Positions 8,800 to 18,259 of a stretch of DNA of 64,000 nt are shown here, one piece after another. Within the stretch, counting starts at the first letter, position 1. Each line of letters opens with the position of its first letter. The notes under the pieces were generated by a model, which saw only the letters and a program-made list of their open reading frames with translations, had not been told where the DNA came from and searched no databases. The position numbers and the translations under genes were made by a program. Source of the DNA: Candidatus Latescibacterota bacterium (GTDB taxonomy: Bacteria; Latescibacterota; UBA2968; UBA8231); assembly GCA_965215195.1 (NCBI GenBank), contig CBDCDC010000002.1:1120001-1184000 (forward strand), in the 5' to 3' direction.

Positions 8800-10143
8800 T
8801 CAGGAAACCATCCGCATCGGCATGAGCACGGCAGCGTGGTGGTCCGCCCCCGCCTCAAAGTGAAGGGGTGCCTTACCATGGTCGAGATATATCCGTATCT
8901 CCTCCGCCGCGTCTTTCAGAGCCTCCACAATCGCTTTGAGGAAGTCGTGATTGAGGCCGGCGCGGAACGATCCGCCATCCTCGATATTTGTCACATCGGC
9001 AGGGCAACTCACGGAGTACTCCCAGTCCGGTAGCTCGTCGCCGAGCAGGTCGTCCGCGTCTTCTCGGGTCCGACTGAACCCTTGATCCCGCGTCGTGCGC
9101 AGTGCCAGTTTCCCCTCTGCGCTCGACACTCGCATCTCTACGCTAGGCACGTACTCCCAGCCACTTTTCACCAGTTCGTGGCGGTCTCTGAGGAACGGCT
9201 CGATCTCCTCCACGCAGGCCATCAGGTGCTCGCTGTGCACGACCACCAAGATCGGACCGGGGGTGCCGACGGCCTCTTGGTACTTGAGGTACGGTCCGGG
9301 AATTGCAGGGAACGTCACCCTGCGGCCGTCCGAGGTCTGCAACGTGGCAGATTCCTCTTCGAGAATCAGCATTGCCGAGTCCGTCTCCGGGATCATTTCA
9401 GGGTGCAGCGAATCGAGAATCACCGGGACCGGCAGCGACGCCAGACCCTTACTCAACCAGTTGAGCAGCCGCGAGCCATCGGTTGCGACAATCCTGCCGC
9501 CGGCGTCGAGACAGACGCAGTGCATAATGGGCCGCTTGGGATCGTCGCTTGTGAAGCGAGCTACGCGGCGCAGTCCGGCCAGATCGTCCAGGCCGAGTTC
9601 GAATGTCTGGGAAGTGCTGGATTCCGCCATCGCCACGATCTCCTTTTGCAGGCGTTTCCGGGCCTTTTGCAGACGGCTCTTTACCACTCCGGTTTGGAGG
9701 TGCAGCAAGTTTGCGGTCTGCTGATATGAATAGCCCTTGAGGTAGTGGTGGACGATCACGTCGCGGTGGGGGTCACTCAACCGTCCTATCGCCTTCCGCA
9801 CGAGTGCCCTGATCTCTTGCTTCTCCTGCTCGGGCGGTGCCGCGAGGTCGAGCTGATCCAGAAGATTGAGTTGCGTGAGGCGGTGCCGCTGCCACATGCG
9901 CGCTTTGTTGTCCGCAATCGAACACAGCCAAGCACCGAACCGCTCGGGAGAGCGCAGCCTTGCTAGCTGCTGGTACGCGGCCATGAACGCCTCCTGCAGG
10001 ATGTCCTCTGCCGCCTCTTGCGAGCCCAGCCTGCGGGTGAGTCGCGCCAGTAGCCACGGCGAATGTTCCTCAACGAGCAGACCAAACGCCGTAGCGTCGC
10101 CAGCGGCCGCCTTCTGCACACAATTTTCCCCATTCCGTTCCAT
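8800..10143 (-). CDS. ECF sigma-70 factor fused to DNA polymerase III beta-clamp-like domains
   Basis: N-terminus has AEDILQEAF, FGAWL and YSY...A..L....VKSRL.KARKRL (sigma regions 2 and 4). C-terminus has FTSDD.KRP.M, IVATDGSRL, GPYLKY, GLNHDFL and PL...VLMPMR, which match DnaN domains II-III. Confidence 0.85.
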   Translation of the reverse strand: MERNGENCVQKAAAGDATAFGLLVEEHSPWLLARLTRRLGSQEAAEDILQEAFMAAYQQLARLRSPERFGAWLCSIADNKARMWQRHRLTQLNLLDQLDLAAPPEQEKQEIRALVRKAIGRLSDPHRDVIVHHYLKGYSYQQTANLLHLQTGVVKSRLQKARKRLQKEIVAMAESSTSQTFELGLDDLAGLRRVARFTSDDPKRPIMHCVCLDAGGRIVATDGSRLLNWLSKGLASLPVPVILDSLHPEMIPETDSAMLILEEESATLQTSDGRRVTFPAIPGPYLKYQEAVGTPGPILVVVHSEHLMACVEEIEPFLRDRHELVKSGWEYVPSVEMRVSSAEGKLALRTTRDQGFSRTREDADDLLGDELPDWEYSVSCPADVTNIEDGGSFRAGLNHDFLKAIVEALKDAAEEIRIYLDHGKAPLHFEAGADHHAAVLMPMRMVS

Positions 10144-10207
10144 GTCACCCTTATACTTATAGTTGCTTCGAGGCGACAAAGGTATCCCCAGCGGGACAAA
10201 ATTCATC

Positions 10208-11494
10208 CTACTCCCGCACGAACTGCGGCCGGCCGCAGCCGTCGTTGACCACGTAGCTGCGCGCTGGAATCGCCGCTTGGTCGGGAATGACTAAATCGAG
10301 CGGCGAATCATTCTCAATGACCGTGCCAGCCCCCACGCGCACCCCGGCCCCCAATTTAATCGCTCCAGGCCGCACGGCCCCCGCCCTAATGGTGCCGATA
10401 GATACTGACACGCCGATCCGGCAATCCGGGCCAATCGCGACGATGCCGTTGATTTCGGTGTTGGCCCCAATCGCCGTGCGGTCGCCCACCTGCACCGGGC
10501 CGAAAAGCCCGGCATCCGTGCCGATAAACACGTAGTCGCCAATGGCCGGATGGCGTTGCTGCACTTTGCCGCTGAGGCCGCCCAAAGTACACGGATAAAT
10601 GTGGCATCCGCTGCCGATGATACCCGTCTGTCCGGTGGTTATGCCGCGATGGGGATGGTCGAGGAAGTTGGCGTCGCCAATTTGCGTTTCGGGATGGATA
10701 TCCGCCTGATAGTAGCGGCCCCCCAACTCGGCAATGGCCCGCGGCAGCAAGGGCACTGGCCGCCGCATCAGCCCGGATTCCTCCTCCACCGAGCCGGAGC
10801 GCGTTAGGGCGTGGGCAATGTCGTGATAGAACAGCACCCGCCACCCCGGATAGGTGCTCATCACAAGCTGCATCTGGTAGTCGAAAATGAAGTCGCACTC
10901 CAGCGCGGCGAGGAAGCGGCGATAGTGGTCAAAGTCGCGGCGGCGAATGGTCTCGTCCAAAGCGGCCCGGAAGTCAATCGCGAGCAGTTGCTCCTGAGTC
11001 AGCCCACAATTGTCGAGCAAATAGGCGTCCCAAACGGCCGGATCCCTAAGCGCGGCAAAGCGATTCCAGCGGGCGCGCACCTTGTAAGCGGGCAACTCCC
11101 ACAGCAAACAGAAGGTGTTCATCAGGGCCTTCTCTTCAGTGCCTTCGCGCTCGCCGGCTGCCGAAAGCGACTGGGCGATCATCGCGTAGAGCTGATCGGC
11201 AATCTCGCCAATGGCCTCGTCGAGCGACTGCTTTTGCTGCCCCGGCCCCAAGGCATTGTGCGATCCAGGGGCGACGCATTCGAGCAAGTTGCCCAAAACC
11301 GTTTCCAGCAGGTCGCGATTGACAAACCCGCGCCCCGAGCGCTCCGAGAGAATGTCCCGGTCAACCGCGTCGATGCGGAGCGCGGCGACCTCCTCTGCGG
11401 TGTAGATCGGCACCAGCCGCTCTAACAGCCGCTCTAGCAACGCCCACTTGCGGCGTTGATACGAAGTGTCGAAAAGCGTGGAATTGCTCATCAT
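10208..11494 (-). CDS. Serine O-acetyltransferase-like left-handed beta-helix protein with long N-terminal extension
   Basis: DIHP..QIG...FLDH..G, TLGG...RHP.IGD.V.IG and hexapeptide repeats. Confidence 0.75.
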   Translation of the reverse strand: MMSNSTLFDTSYQRRKWALLERLLERLVPIYTAEEVAALRIDAVDRDILSERSGRGFVNRDLLETVLGNLLECVAPGSHNALGPGQQKQSLDEAIGEIADQLYAMIAQSLSAAGEREGTEEKALMNTFCLLWELPAYKVRARWNRFAALRDPAVWDAYLLDNCGLTQEQLLAIDFRAALDETIRRRDFDHYRRFLAALECDFIFDYQMQLVMSTYPGWRVLFYHDIAHALTRSGSVEEESGLMRRPVPLLPRAIAELGGRYYQADIHPETQIGDANFLDHPHRGITTGQTGIIGSGCHIYPCTLGGLSGKVQQRHPAIGDYVFIGTDAGLFGPVQVGDRTAIGANTEINGIVAIGPDCRIGVSVSIGTIRAGAVRPGAIKLGAGVRVGAGTVIENDSPLDLVIPDQAAIPARSYVVNDGCGRPQFVRE

Positions 11495-11586
11495 TTGCTC
11501 CCCATTTTGCCTCCGCATAACTTTTAAGGAAACTTACGGAACGCCCGCCGGGTTGCAACCCGGCTTCACTCTTGCGGGGAAAAACC

Positions 11587-12372
11587 ATGCACCCATTTGA
11601 ATCGCTGGTAGTACGCGAAGGCGCAGTTGGCATCCACTGGTTTGGCCAGAGCACATTTGGCCTCAAGGACGCACCGGGGACCATCGTCCAAGTCGATCCC
11701 TACTACCCCCGCGAGCGGCCGGCCGAGCGCTTCATCCACGCCCGGCCCCCGCTCCACGAGGCATCGCTGCACACGGATTTTGTGCTCCTGACCCACGACC
11801 ACGGCGACCACACGTGCCCAGAGTCCATTGCACGCATTGCCGCTGCCTATCCAGCCGTGCAGCTCGTCGGCCCGGCCGAGAGCATCCAGCGCGTCCGCCG
11901 CGCGGGCATTGCGGCCGCAGCAACGACAGTTGCCGCTGGGGACGCAGCCAAGCTGGGCACTATGACGGCCCACGCAGTGTACGCCAAACCCCCGGAGGGC
12001 CTGCCCAGCGACGCCATCGCTCCCCCCGATGTGACTCACCTCGGCTACGTGGTGGAGGCCGGCGGCGTGCGCGTGTACCTCTCCGGCGACCCGGTCAACA
12101 CGTTTGCCGAGCACGAAGCACTACTCGCGCCCATCCGCGCCCTCGCGCCCGACATCGGGCTGCTGACCAATCACCCCAGCGAAGGGGAATTTCCCTTCTT
12201 TGCCGGCTCGGCCAAGATGGCCTCGGCGCTCGGCCTCAAGGCCGCTGTACCGGCCCATTACGCCTGCTTTGTCGCTCGCAATTACGATCCCCAAGAATGG
12301 GCGGCCGCGCTCGCCGGGGTCGAGCCGCTGATCATCCCGTACAATCAATCCACCGTCTATTCGCCCCGCTAG
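11587..12372 (+). CDS. MBL-fold metallo-hydrolase (UlaG-like)
   Basis: HWFGQS, VDPY, THDHGDH, YLSGD, PAHY. Confidence 0.88.
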   Translation: MHPFESLVVREGAVGIHWFGQSTFGLKDAPGTIVQVDPYYPRERPAERFIHARPPLHEASLHTDFVLLTHDHGDHTCPESIARIAAAYPAVQLVGPAESIQRVRRAGIAAAATTVAAGDAAKLGTMTAHAVYAKPPEGLPSDAIAPPDVTHLGYVVEAGGVRVYLSGDPVNTFAEHEALLAPIRALAPDIGLLTNHPSEGEFPFFAGSAKMASALGLKAAVPAHYACFVARNYDPQEWAAALAGVEPLIIPYNQSTVYSPR

Positions 12373-12481
12373 CCCACCGGGGCCGAGTGTGTTGATTTTC
12401 TCGCCTTCATTTATTATTATGGCACACCAATCAACGCGCCGGAGATTTCTGGCATTCACCTCAAACGCAAGGAGTACAGAT

Positions 12482-13429
12482 ATGCGGCGATTCACAATCG
12501 CAGGCGTTTTTAGCCTCGCCCTCGTGGGGGCGGCGAACGCTCAGTTTTTCGATCCGCCCGCTCTAGCGGATCGCAATGGCAGTCAGGGTTTTTGGTTTTA
12601 CATGCTCGAAGTCCCCGATCCCGCTGCCATCACCATCGACGGATTTGGCGACGACTGGGGTTGGTTTGACCCTGAGTACACCTTGACTATGGACGAGTGG
12701 CGCGACGAAGGCGACCGCCCGGCCCCAGACCGCGACGACCTGTTCATCACCACTTTCATGGGTTGGAAGGGCGGCGACGACAACCGCTGGTACTGCTTCT
12801 TGGAAGCGGTTGACGACGTGCTGGCGCACGCCGGCACGAACGTCGCTCGCTGGGATGGCGACATGCTGCAGGTCGGCCTCGATCCGCAGGATCACGGCCG
12901 CGAGCGCAGCCCGGCTTCGGGCTACACTATGGAGTGGCTGATGGCACCGGGCGACCTCAGCCCGCCGACCAACGTCGCTTTCCGCTACACCGAGCAAGAG
13001 GCGTGGGCCGAGTACGGGGAATCGCCGTGGATTGAAATGGCCGTGCGCGTCGATCCGCCCGAAGCTTGGGCCGCCGACTTGTGGGCTGAGGGCGGCACCA
13101 CGTACTACGAGTGGAGCGTCAAGGTCCTCGCCTTCCAAGACGACGCCGGCCCGTCGGCGAGTGAAGTGTGGCAGCTAGACGCAGTGGCCGGTGAAGATGG
13201 CGCGGGCCTGCCTTTCGCCATGTGGTACGAAGACGGCGAAGGCCCGGATTCGAGTTTCTCGCCCAGTGAAGACGGCACCCCGGGCGGCCGCAACGACTGG
13301 ACCACCCGCGGACCCGAAGCCTCGGCTCGGCAGTACTACTCCATTGCCAAGCTGCTGCGAGTTGGCGAGTACGCCAGCCCCACGGCAGTCGAATCATCGA
13401 CCTGGGGCAAGATCAAGGACTCGTTCTAA
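12482..13429 (+). CDS. Secreted CBM9/DOMON-like protein with C-terminal STWGxIK motif (module copy 1, gene 1)
   Basis: RBS AAGGAG; signal peptide MRRFTIAGVFSLALVGAANA-Q; ITIDG..DDW; ends TAVESSTWGKIKDSF; paralog of 62346-63275. Confidence 0.75.
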   Translation: MRRFTIAGVFSLALVGAANAQFFDPPALADRNGSQGFWFYMLEVPDPAAITIDGFGDDWGWFDPEYTLTMDEWRDEGDRPAPDRDDLFITTFMGWKGGDDNRWYCFLEAVDDVLAHAGTNVARWDGDMLQVGLDPQDHGRERSPASGYTMEWLMAPGDLSPPTNVAFRYTEQEAWAEYGESPWIEMAVRVDPPEAWAADLWAEGGTTYYEWSVKVLAFQDDAGPSASEVWQLDAVAGEDGAGLPFAMWYEDGEGPDSSFSPSEDGTPGGRNDWTTRGPEASARQYYSIAKLLRVGEYASPTAVESSTWGKIKDSF

Positions 13430-13457
13430 GCAGCAAGGCCGACCGGCCGATCTAAAC

Positions 13458-13485
13458 GTAGGGGCGGTTCGCGAACCGCCCCTAC
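13458..13485. repeat. GTAG-type REP-like perfect palindrome
   Basis: GTAGGGGCGGTTCGCGAACCGCCCCTAC followed by a T-run. Confidence 0.8.
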
Positions 13486-13505
13486 ATTTTTTAGGGGGTT
13501 GTACC

Positions 13506-14219
13506 GTGTACAAACGGCTCTGGGCCTGGTCCTTACTGCTAACCCTGCTGGCGGGGGCTTGCGGCCGCTACTTTCACACGCCGCTTCAGCCAGCCAGCCA
13601 CCAAGCCGAGGGCATGCTCGTCAACGACGACGGGTCTATCACCTACGCCCTCGACCGCCTGTCGATTGAGCTCAAGCCCATGACGGACGCGGAATTAAAC
13701 CGCCTCGCCCCCGGGCCAGACCTGTCCGACAACCCCTACACCTTTGGCGCGTGGACGGCCCCGGGCGACGAGTGGACGCCGCCGCGATTTACCGTCTTTC
13801 GCCTCAAGGTCAACAACTATCAATTTCCCAAAGTCAAGATCGACCCGCTCAACGCGCACATTACCGCGGCCAACACCCGCCAGTACGCGGCCCTGAGCTA
13901 CGCCCAATTATACCAGTATTTTCGCTCGTATTGGCTGGGCCGCACCGGACAAGGGCGCAAGACCTTTCAAGCCCGCACGGACGCGCTCAAGCGCACCCTA
14001 TACAGCGGGGCCTTGGTCTTCAGCGGCAGCGAAGAACAGGGGTATTTGGTCTTTCCCGTCCTCGACGACGATGTGCGGGCGATCCAAGTACACATCGAGA
14101 ACATCGTCTTGCGCTTCGACTATGCAGACGCCCCCCTAGAGGCGATTGACCTGAGCTTCTCCTTCCAGCGCGACACCCTGCAAGGGTATGACCCCTCGGC
14201 CGCGGTGCGGATCAACTGA
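13506..14219 (+). CDS. Lipoprotein of unknown function (module copy 1, gene 2)
   Basis: GTG start; lipobox-like LLAGA-CGRYF; paralog of 61515-62273. Confidence 0.75.
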   Translation: MYKRLWAWSLLLTLLAGACGRYFHTPLQPASHQAEGMLVNDDGSITYALDRLSIELKPMTDAELNRLAPGPDLSDNPYTFGAWTAPGDEWTPPRFTVFRLKVNNYQFPKVKIDPLNAHITAANTRQYAALSYAQLYQYFRSYWLGRTGQGRKTFQARTDALKRTLYSGALVFSGSEEQGYLVFPVLDDDVRAIQVHIENIVLRFDYADAPLEAIDLSFSFQRDTLQGYDPSAAVRIN

Positions 14220-16201
14220 TGACCGCGCCTGCGCCCAGATCCCTCGTCGGCACCTTCTTGGCGGTGCTTGGGGGGCTAGCGCCAAGCGATGCCCAAGTTG
14301 AGGTGTGGCACATCGGCAAGGGGGGGCTTTCGTGGGTCTCACAGGCCGAGACCCAAGTCGGTGCGCTGGACGTCGACGGTGCCCTGCAACCCTTGCAGCT
14401 ACAGGCCGGAGAAAACCTCATCAAGCTGCTCCGCGCTTCGGGTCAACGCTTTCTCAACGGCCAACCCCGCGACTTCACCCTCGGCGGCCAGCCGCGGGCG
14501 TGGTCCAACGACGGCTTCTTCAACCAAGTCGCCGGCCCCCTCGACCTGATCGACGGCGAGCCGACTACCTCCTCGTCGGGCGTGTTCAAGACCGCCCAGA
14601 GCCAAGCTGGGGCGACATTCTTCTGGGATTTGGGTGCGCCCTTCCCGGTCAACCGCATTCGCTTCTTTCCCGCTCCCGACGACGACGCCTTTGTCAAAGC
14701 CTTTGAACTGCGGGTCAACGACGGCGAAAACTTCAACGACATCAATCGGCCGCAATACGAACTCTTGCGGCGGGTAGAAGTCAACCGCGAATCCACCGTA
14801 GATATCGAATTTGCCCCCTTGCAGGGCCGCTTCCTCCAGCTACTCGTGCTGTCGAAGACAGTGTTCAACATTGCGGAGTTTGAAATCTACGGGCAGGGCT
14901 TTGTGCCGGTCGCCAGCTACGAGTCGGCTCTGCACTCCTTTGGCGGCCCGGTCAACTACGGCCGCTTGCGCGTCCACGCCACCCAGCTTGGAGCGGCCGC
15001 GAGCGCGAGCATTCAGATGCGCACCGGAGCCGACGACAGCCCGCTGGCGTACTTTCGCCGCGACCGCGACACAGGTCGTCAAGAAGAGGTGCCGGCCGCC
15101 GAATACAATACCAGCCTGCCGCGGCGCGCCCTGTTCCGCCAAGACCCAATTACTGGCGAGCTATTAGAGGAGCTGGACCGGGCCGACTATCTCAATCTGC
15201 CGGTTGAGGAGCAAGGACCGGTGCGCGATTTCTTCAAGGGCGACATCCGCGACGACGTCGACAACTGGAGCGCGTGGTCGCCGAGCATACCCATCACGGG
15301 CACGGGCACAATCGAAGTGCCCATCGGGCTGCCCAGCCCGCGGGAATTCATGCAGTTCCGCATCCTCTTTGATGGCGACGCTGAAAACGCCGTGCGCATC
15401 GACACCTTTCAGGTGGAGTTTTCGCCTCAATTGGTCAGCGAGGCCATCGGCGAAGTGGCCCTTGCCAGCGATCCCTTTCCCGCCAGCGGCCTGCTCGAAG
15501 TGGAAGGGGGCATCGACACGACCTTTACTTACGACATCCGCACCGAGTTCGCCGCTGGCGTGGCCGGGTATCGCGGCGTCCGCATCGAGGCGTTTCCACC
15601 GCCGGTATTCGAGCGCCTGCAAATGGGCGAGCCCCTCGCGACCGTAGCAGACGTTGCCTGGGCGGCAACCGAGAGCGGTTTCGACGTTTTCTTTGCGCCC
15701 GTCGCCGCCGACCACAACCAGCCCCTGCGCATCACCTTCCGCCTGCGGCCACTGGTACACAATACCCCGATCAATGCCTATCTCCTCGGCGCGGAGAGCG
15801 TCCCGCCGCATCCCATCGCCCCGGGCAATGCCAGCGAATTAGCAGGCACGAACGCGACCAACGCCTTTGCGACGCAGGCACAGCCCGAGCTGCAACTAGC
15901 GCTTTCAACGGCCGTCATCTCGCCCAATGGGGACGGCCGCAACGATGCGGTCGCCATTGACCTCGTGTTGTCCCAGTTCGCTGCGGATACGGCAGTGGCG
16001 GTTGAGATTTTCGACCTCGGCGGACGCCGGGTGCGGCAGCTAGTCTCCGAGTTGCGGCCGGCTGGATTTTACTCCGAAAGCTGGGACGGCCGCGACGAAC
16101 CGGGCGGCTTGGTGCCCCCGGGCCTGTACCTCTGCCGCGTCGGCGTGGAGGCCGACTTCGCTGCGTTTGCCGCCGTAGAGCCGATAGGGGTGGCCTATTG
16201 A
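14219..16201 (+). CDS. Secreted discoidin-like + FlgD-Ig/T9SS-CTD-like protein A (module copy 1)
   Basis: Signal peptide; WDLG....NRIRF...AEFEIYG; WSAWS; C-terminal SPNGDGRND...IFDLGGRRVR...WDGRD...PGLY...GVAY. Confidence 0.75.
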   Translation: MTAPAPRSLVGTFLAVLGGLAPSDAQVEVWHIGKGGLSWVSQAETQVGALDVDGALQPLQLQAGENLIKLLRASGQRFLNGQPRDFTLGGQPRAWSNDGFFNQVAGPLDLIDGEPTTSSSGVFKTAQSQAGATFFWDLGAPFPVNRIRFFPAPDDDAFVKAFELRVNDGENFNDINRPQYELLRRVEVNRESTVDIEFAPLQGRFLQLLVLSKTVFNIAEFEIYGQGFVPVASYESALHSFGGPVNYGRLRVHATQLGAAASASIQMRTGADDSPLAYFRRDRDTGRQEEVPAAEYNTSLPRRALFRQDPITGELLEELDRADYLNLPVEEQGPVRDFFKGDIRDDVDNWSAWSPSIPITGTGTIEVPIGLPSPREFMQFRILFDGDAENAVRIDTFQVEFSPQLVSEAIGEVALASDPFPASGLLEVEGGIDTTFTYDIRTEFAAGVAGYRGVRIEAFPPPVFERLQMGEPLATVADVAWAATESGFDVFFAPVAADHNQPLRITFRLRPLVHNTPINAYLLGAESVPPHPIAPGNASELAGTNATNAFATQAQPELQLALSTAVISPNGDGRNDAVAIDLVLSQFAADTAVAVEIFDLGGRRVRQLVSELRPAGFYSESWDGRDEPGGLVPPGLYLCRVGVEADFAAFAAVEPIGVAY

Positions 16202-18249
16202 CCGCTTTGCACAACATGCAGTGGCTGGTGCTGGTCCTCGCCATCAGCAGCTCGGTGGCGGCGCAGACGCCCTCGGCTTGGGTCGTAGGAGGCGCGAGTG
16301 GCGAGCCTTGGGCCGATGCCGCAGAGCACTGGATCGCCCTCGACGACACCGTGCGCTCTGCGGCGATTCAGCCGCGGGCGATTCCCCGCGGCCACACGGT
16401 TACGCGCCAACTCGTGCGCACCGGCATTGCCACGACTCAGCGCAACCTCTTTGGCTATCGCTGGAGTTTGCACAAGGGGCCGCGCCAGATCGAGGCCGAC
16501 ACCTTAGAGGTCGGGTGGCACCCGCGCCTGTGGCTGGGGGGCGGGGCCAACGCCCTCGCCCCAGAGGTCATGCGCGGGCTGGTCGATGGCGACGAACTAA
16601 CCGCGGGCTATACCCACAGAGCGCGGGCCGATGGCCGCCCCAACAGCGCGCAGTTCATCACGCTCGACTTGGGCGTACCCGTGCCCGTTGACAGCATTGT
16701 GTTCTTTCCGCCGCAGACCGGGCTGACCAGCGACAACCAGCGGCAGCGCGAGCTGTTCGCCCGCGCCTATGAAGTCAGCCGGACCAACGTGCCGGTCGAA
16801 TGGCTGATTTTTGAGGACGAGACCGCGTCGACCGGGTCGGCGGGATACCATCCCCTCGACGAGATTCTCGCCAGCACCTTTGCCAACAACACGAGCGTCG
16901 TCTCCCTCGCAACCGAGCTGCGCTTTACCCGCTTTCTCCGCTTTAAGTTCGGGGAGGTCTCCACCACGACCTTGCTGGCCGAAATCGAAATTTTTGGTCG
17001 CGGCTACCCCCAAGAGGCCCGCTACATCTCCGCGCCCCATTCCTTCGGTCAAGCCGTGAGCTTGGGGCGGGTTGCGTGGCAATTCACCCGCTATCGCCAA
17101 CTGCCTTCCGGCGCGATCACCCCGGATCCCACCGCACCGGTGCGGCTGAACTTGCAGACCCGCGCTGGCTTCGACCCCGACCCCAAGACGTACTTCATCT
17201 TCGACGACCTCGGCCGGCTGGTGGAGGTAGATGAGAAGACCTATTTCGACTCGCCGCGGGTGGTAGAGCGGTTTTCCGAGGGGATCGCTGGCTTCCGCGC
17301 CAAGCGCGACGACGACGTGGAAAACTGGAACAACTGGTCGGTCGCGTACCAAGGGTCGGGCGACGAGATCCGCTCCTCAGACGGGGCCGAGTTCCTCCAG
17401 TTTCGCTTTACCATCACCACCGAAGACCCGCTGACTTTTGGCGTGCTCGACAGCTTGGCCTTTGAGGTCTCGCCGCTGTTGGCCGACCGCGCACTGGCGG
17501 AGATTGTCCTCGACGGACGCGCCGGCGCGGGCGGTGCCGTAGAGGTGCCCCTCGGGGTCGTCCAGCGCTTTGCCTATCACATTCGCACCGAGGCCGGCAA
17601 CCGCGCCGGGTTCAACGGCATTGAGTTAGAGGTTCCTCCGGCCACCCGCTTTCTCGACCTGACCATCGACGACCAGCCGGCGACCGAGGGCGTGGATTTC
17701 TCCCTCGCCACCAGCGACGGGCGTTTGCGCTTCACCTTTCCTTCGGCATTCCAAGAAGACAAGGCGTTTCGCGTGCGCTTTCAAGGCGCGGTCTTCCAGC
17801 CATCAGTTTTTTTAGCCAGCCGCCTTTTTAGTACCTCGGCGGCTGGCTTGCCCCAGTCCATTGAAGCTGGAGACGCCCACGCCGACGTGGCCAGCAATAG
17901 CATCCAAGTCGTCTCCAGCGACGCGGCCCTCGGCATTCTCGGGGCGATAGGGCTATCTGCGCCCGTGGTCACGCCCAACGGCGATGGGGCCAACGAGCAG
18001 GTCGCCATTGGCTTTGATTTGTTCGGCGTTGCTGGGGGCGCGTTGCGGGTGGAGGTGCGCGACCTGAGCGGCCGTCGCTGCGCCGCGATCTTGGACGCGC
18101 AGGCTGCGGCCGGGCCGTACGCGCTGCAGTGGGATGCGCGGGACGAGCGGGGGAAACTCGTGCCCGTAGGGCTATACCTAATCCGCGTTGAGGTCGCAGT
18201 CGATCGCGGAACTTTTGCCCGCATGGAAGCGGTCGGGGTCGCATACTGA
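16198..18249 (+). CDS. Secreted discoidin-like + FlgD-Ig/T9SS-CTD-like protein B (module copy 1)
   Basis: Signal peptide; TLDLG.PVPVDSI.F, AEIEIFG; C-terminal TPNGDGAN...WD.RD...GLY...GVAY; paralog of 57406-59490. Confidence 0.75.
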   Translation: MTALHNMQWLVLVLAISSSVAAQTPSAWVVGGASGEPWADAAEHWIALDDTVRSAAIQPRAIPRGHTVTRQLVRTGIATTQRNLFGYRWSLHKGPRQIEADTLEVGWHPRLWLGGGANALAPEVMRGLVDGDELTAGYTHRARADGRPNSAQFITLDLGVPVPVDSIVFFPPQTGLTSDNQRQRELFARAYEVSRTNVPVEWLIFEDETASTGSAGYHPLDEILASTFANNTSVVSLATELRFTRFLRFKFGEVSTTTLLAEIEIFGRGYPQEARYISAPHSFGQAVSLGRVAWQFTRYRQLPSGAITPDPTAPVRLNLQTRAGFDPDPKTYFIFDDLGRLVEVDEKTYFDSPRVVERFSEGIAGFRAKRDDDVENWNNWSVAYQGSGDEIRSSDGAEFLQFRFTITTEDPLTFGVLDSLAFEVSPLLADRALAEIVLDGRAGAGGAVEVPLGVVQRFAYHIRTEAGNRAGFNGIELEVPPATRFLDLTIDDQPATEGVDFSLATSDGRLRFTFPSAFQEDKAFRVRFQGAVFQPSVFLASRLFSTSAAGLPQSIEAGDAHADVASNSIQVVSSDAALGILGAIGLSAPVVTPNGDGANEQVAIGFDLFGVAGGALRVEVRDLSGRRCAAILDAQAAAGPYALQWDARDERGKLVPVGLYLIRVEVAVDRGTFARMEAVGVAY

Positions 18250-18259
18250 GGGAGATGCC

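Noticed and set aside
7716-8879. 387-aa JmjC with Cys-rich N-terminus
   Set aside because: The first 36 codons are mostly an alternative frame of the sigma-clamp gene's 3' end.
8800-9630. Housekeeping dnaN or a self-resistance clamp for the lasso peptide
   Set aside because: It lacks domain I, is fused to a sigma factor, has no dnaA/recF/gyrB context and differs in composition from the cluster; the lasso core has no clear QLxLF motif.
10144-10207. Autoregulatory ECF promoter (GATACC...CAAC) upstream of the sigma gene
   Set aside because: Motifs are too short, and no convincing second copy was found to support them.
13191-13505. N-terminal extension of the lipoprotein ORF
   Set aside because: It overlaps gene 1 and the REP; the paralog and lipobox support GTG 13506.
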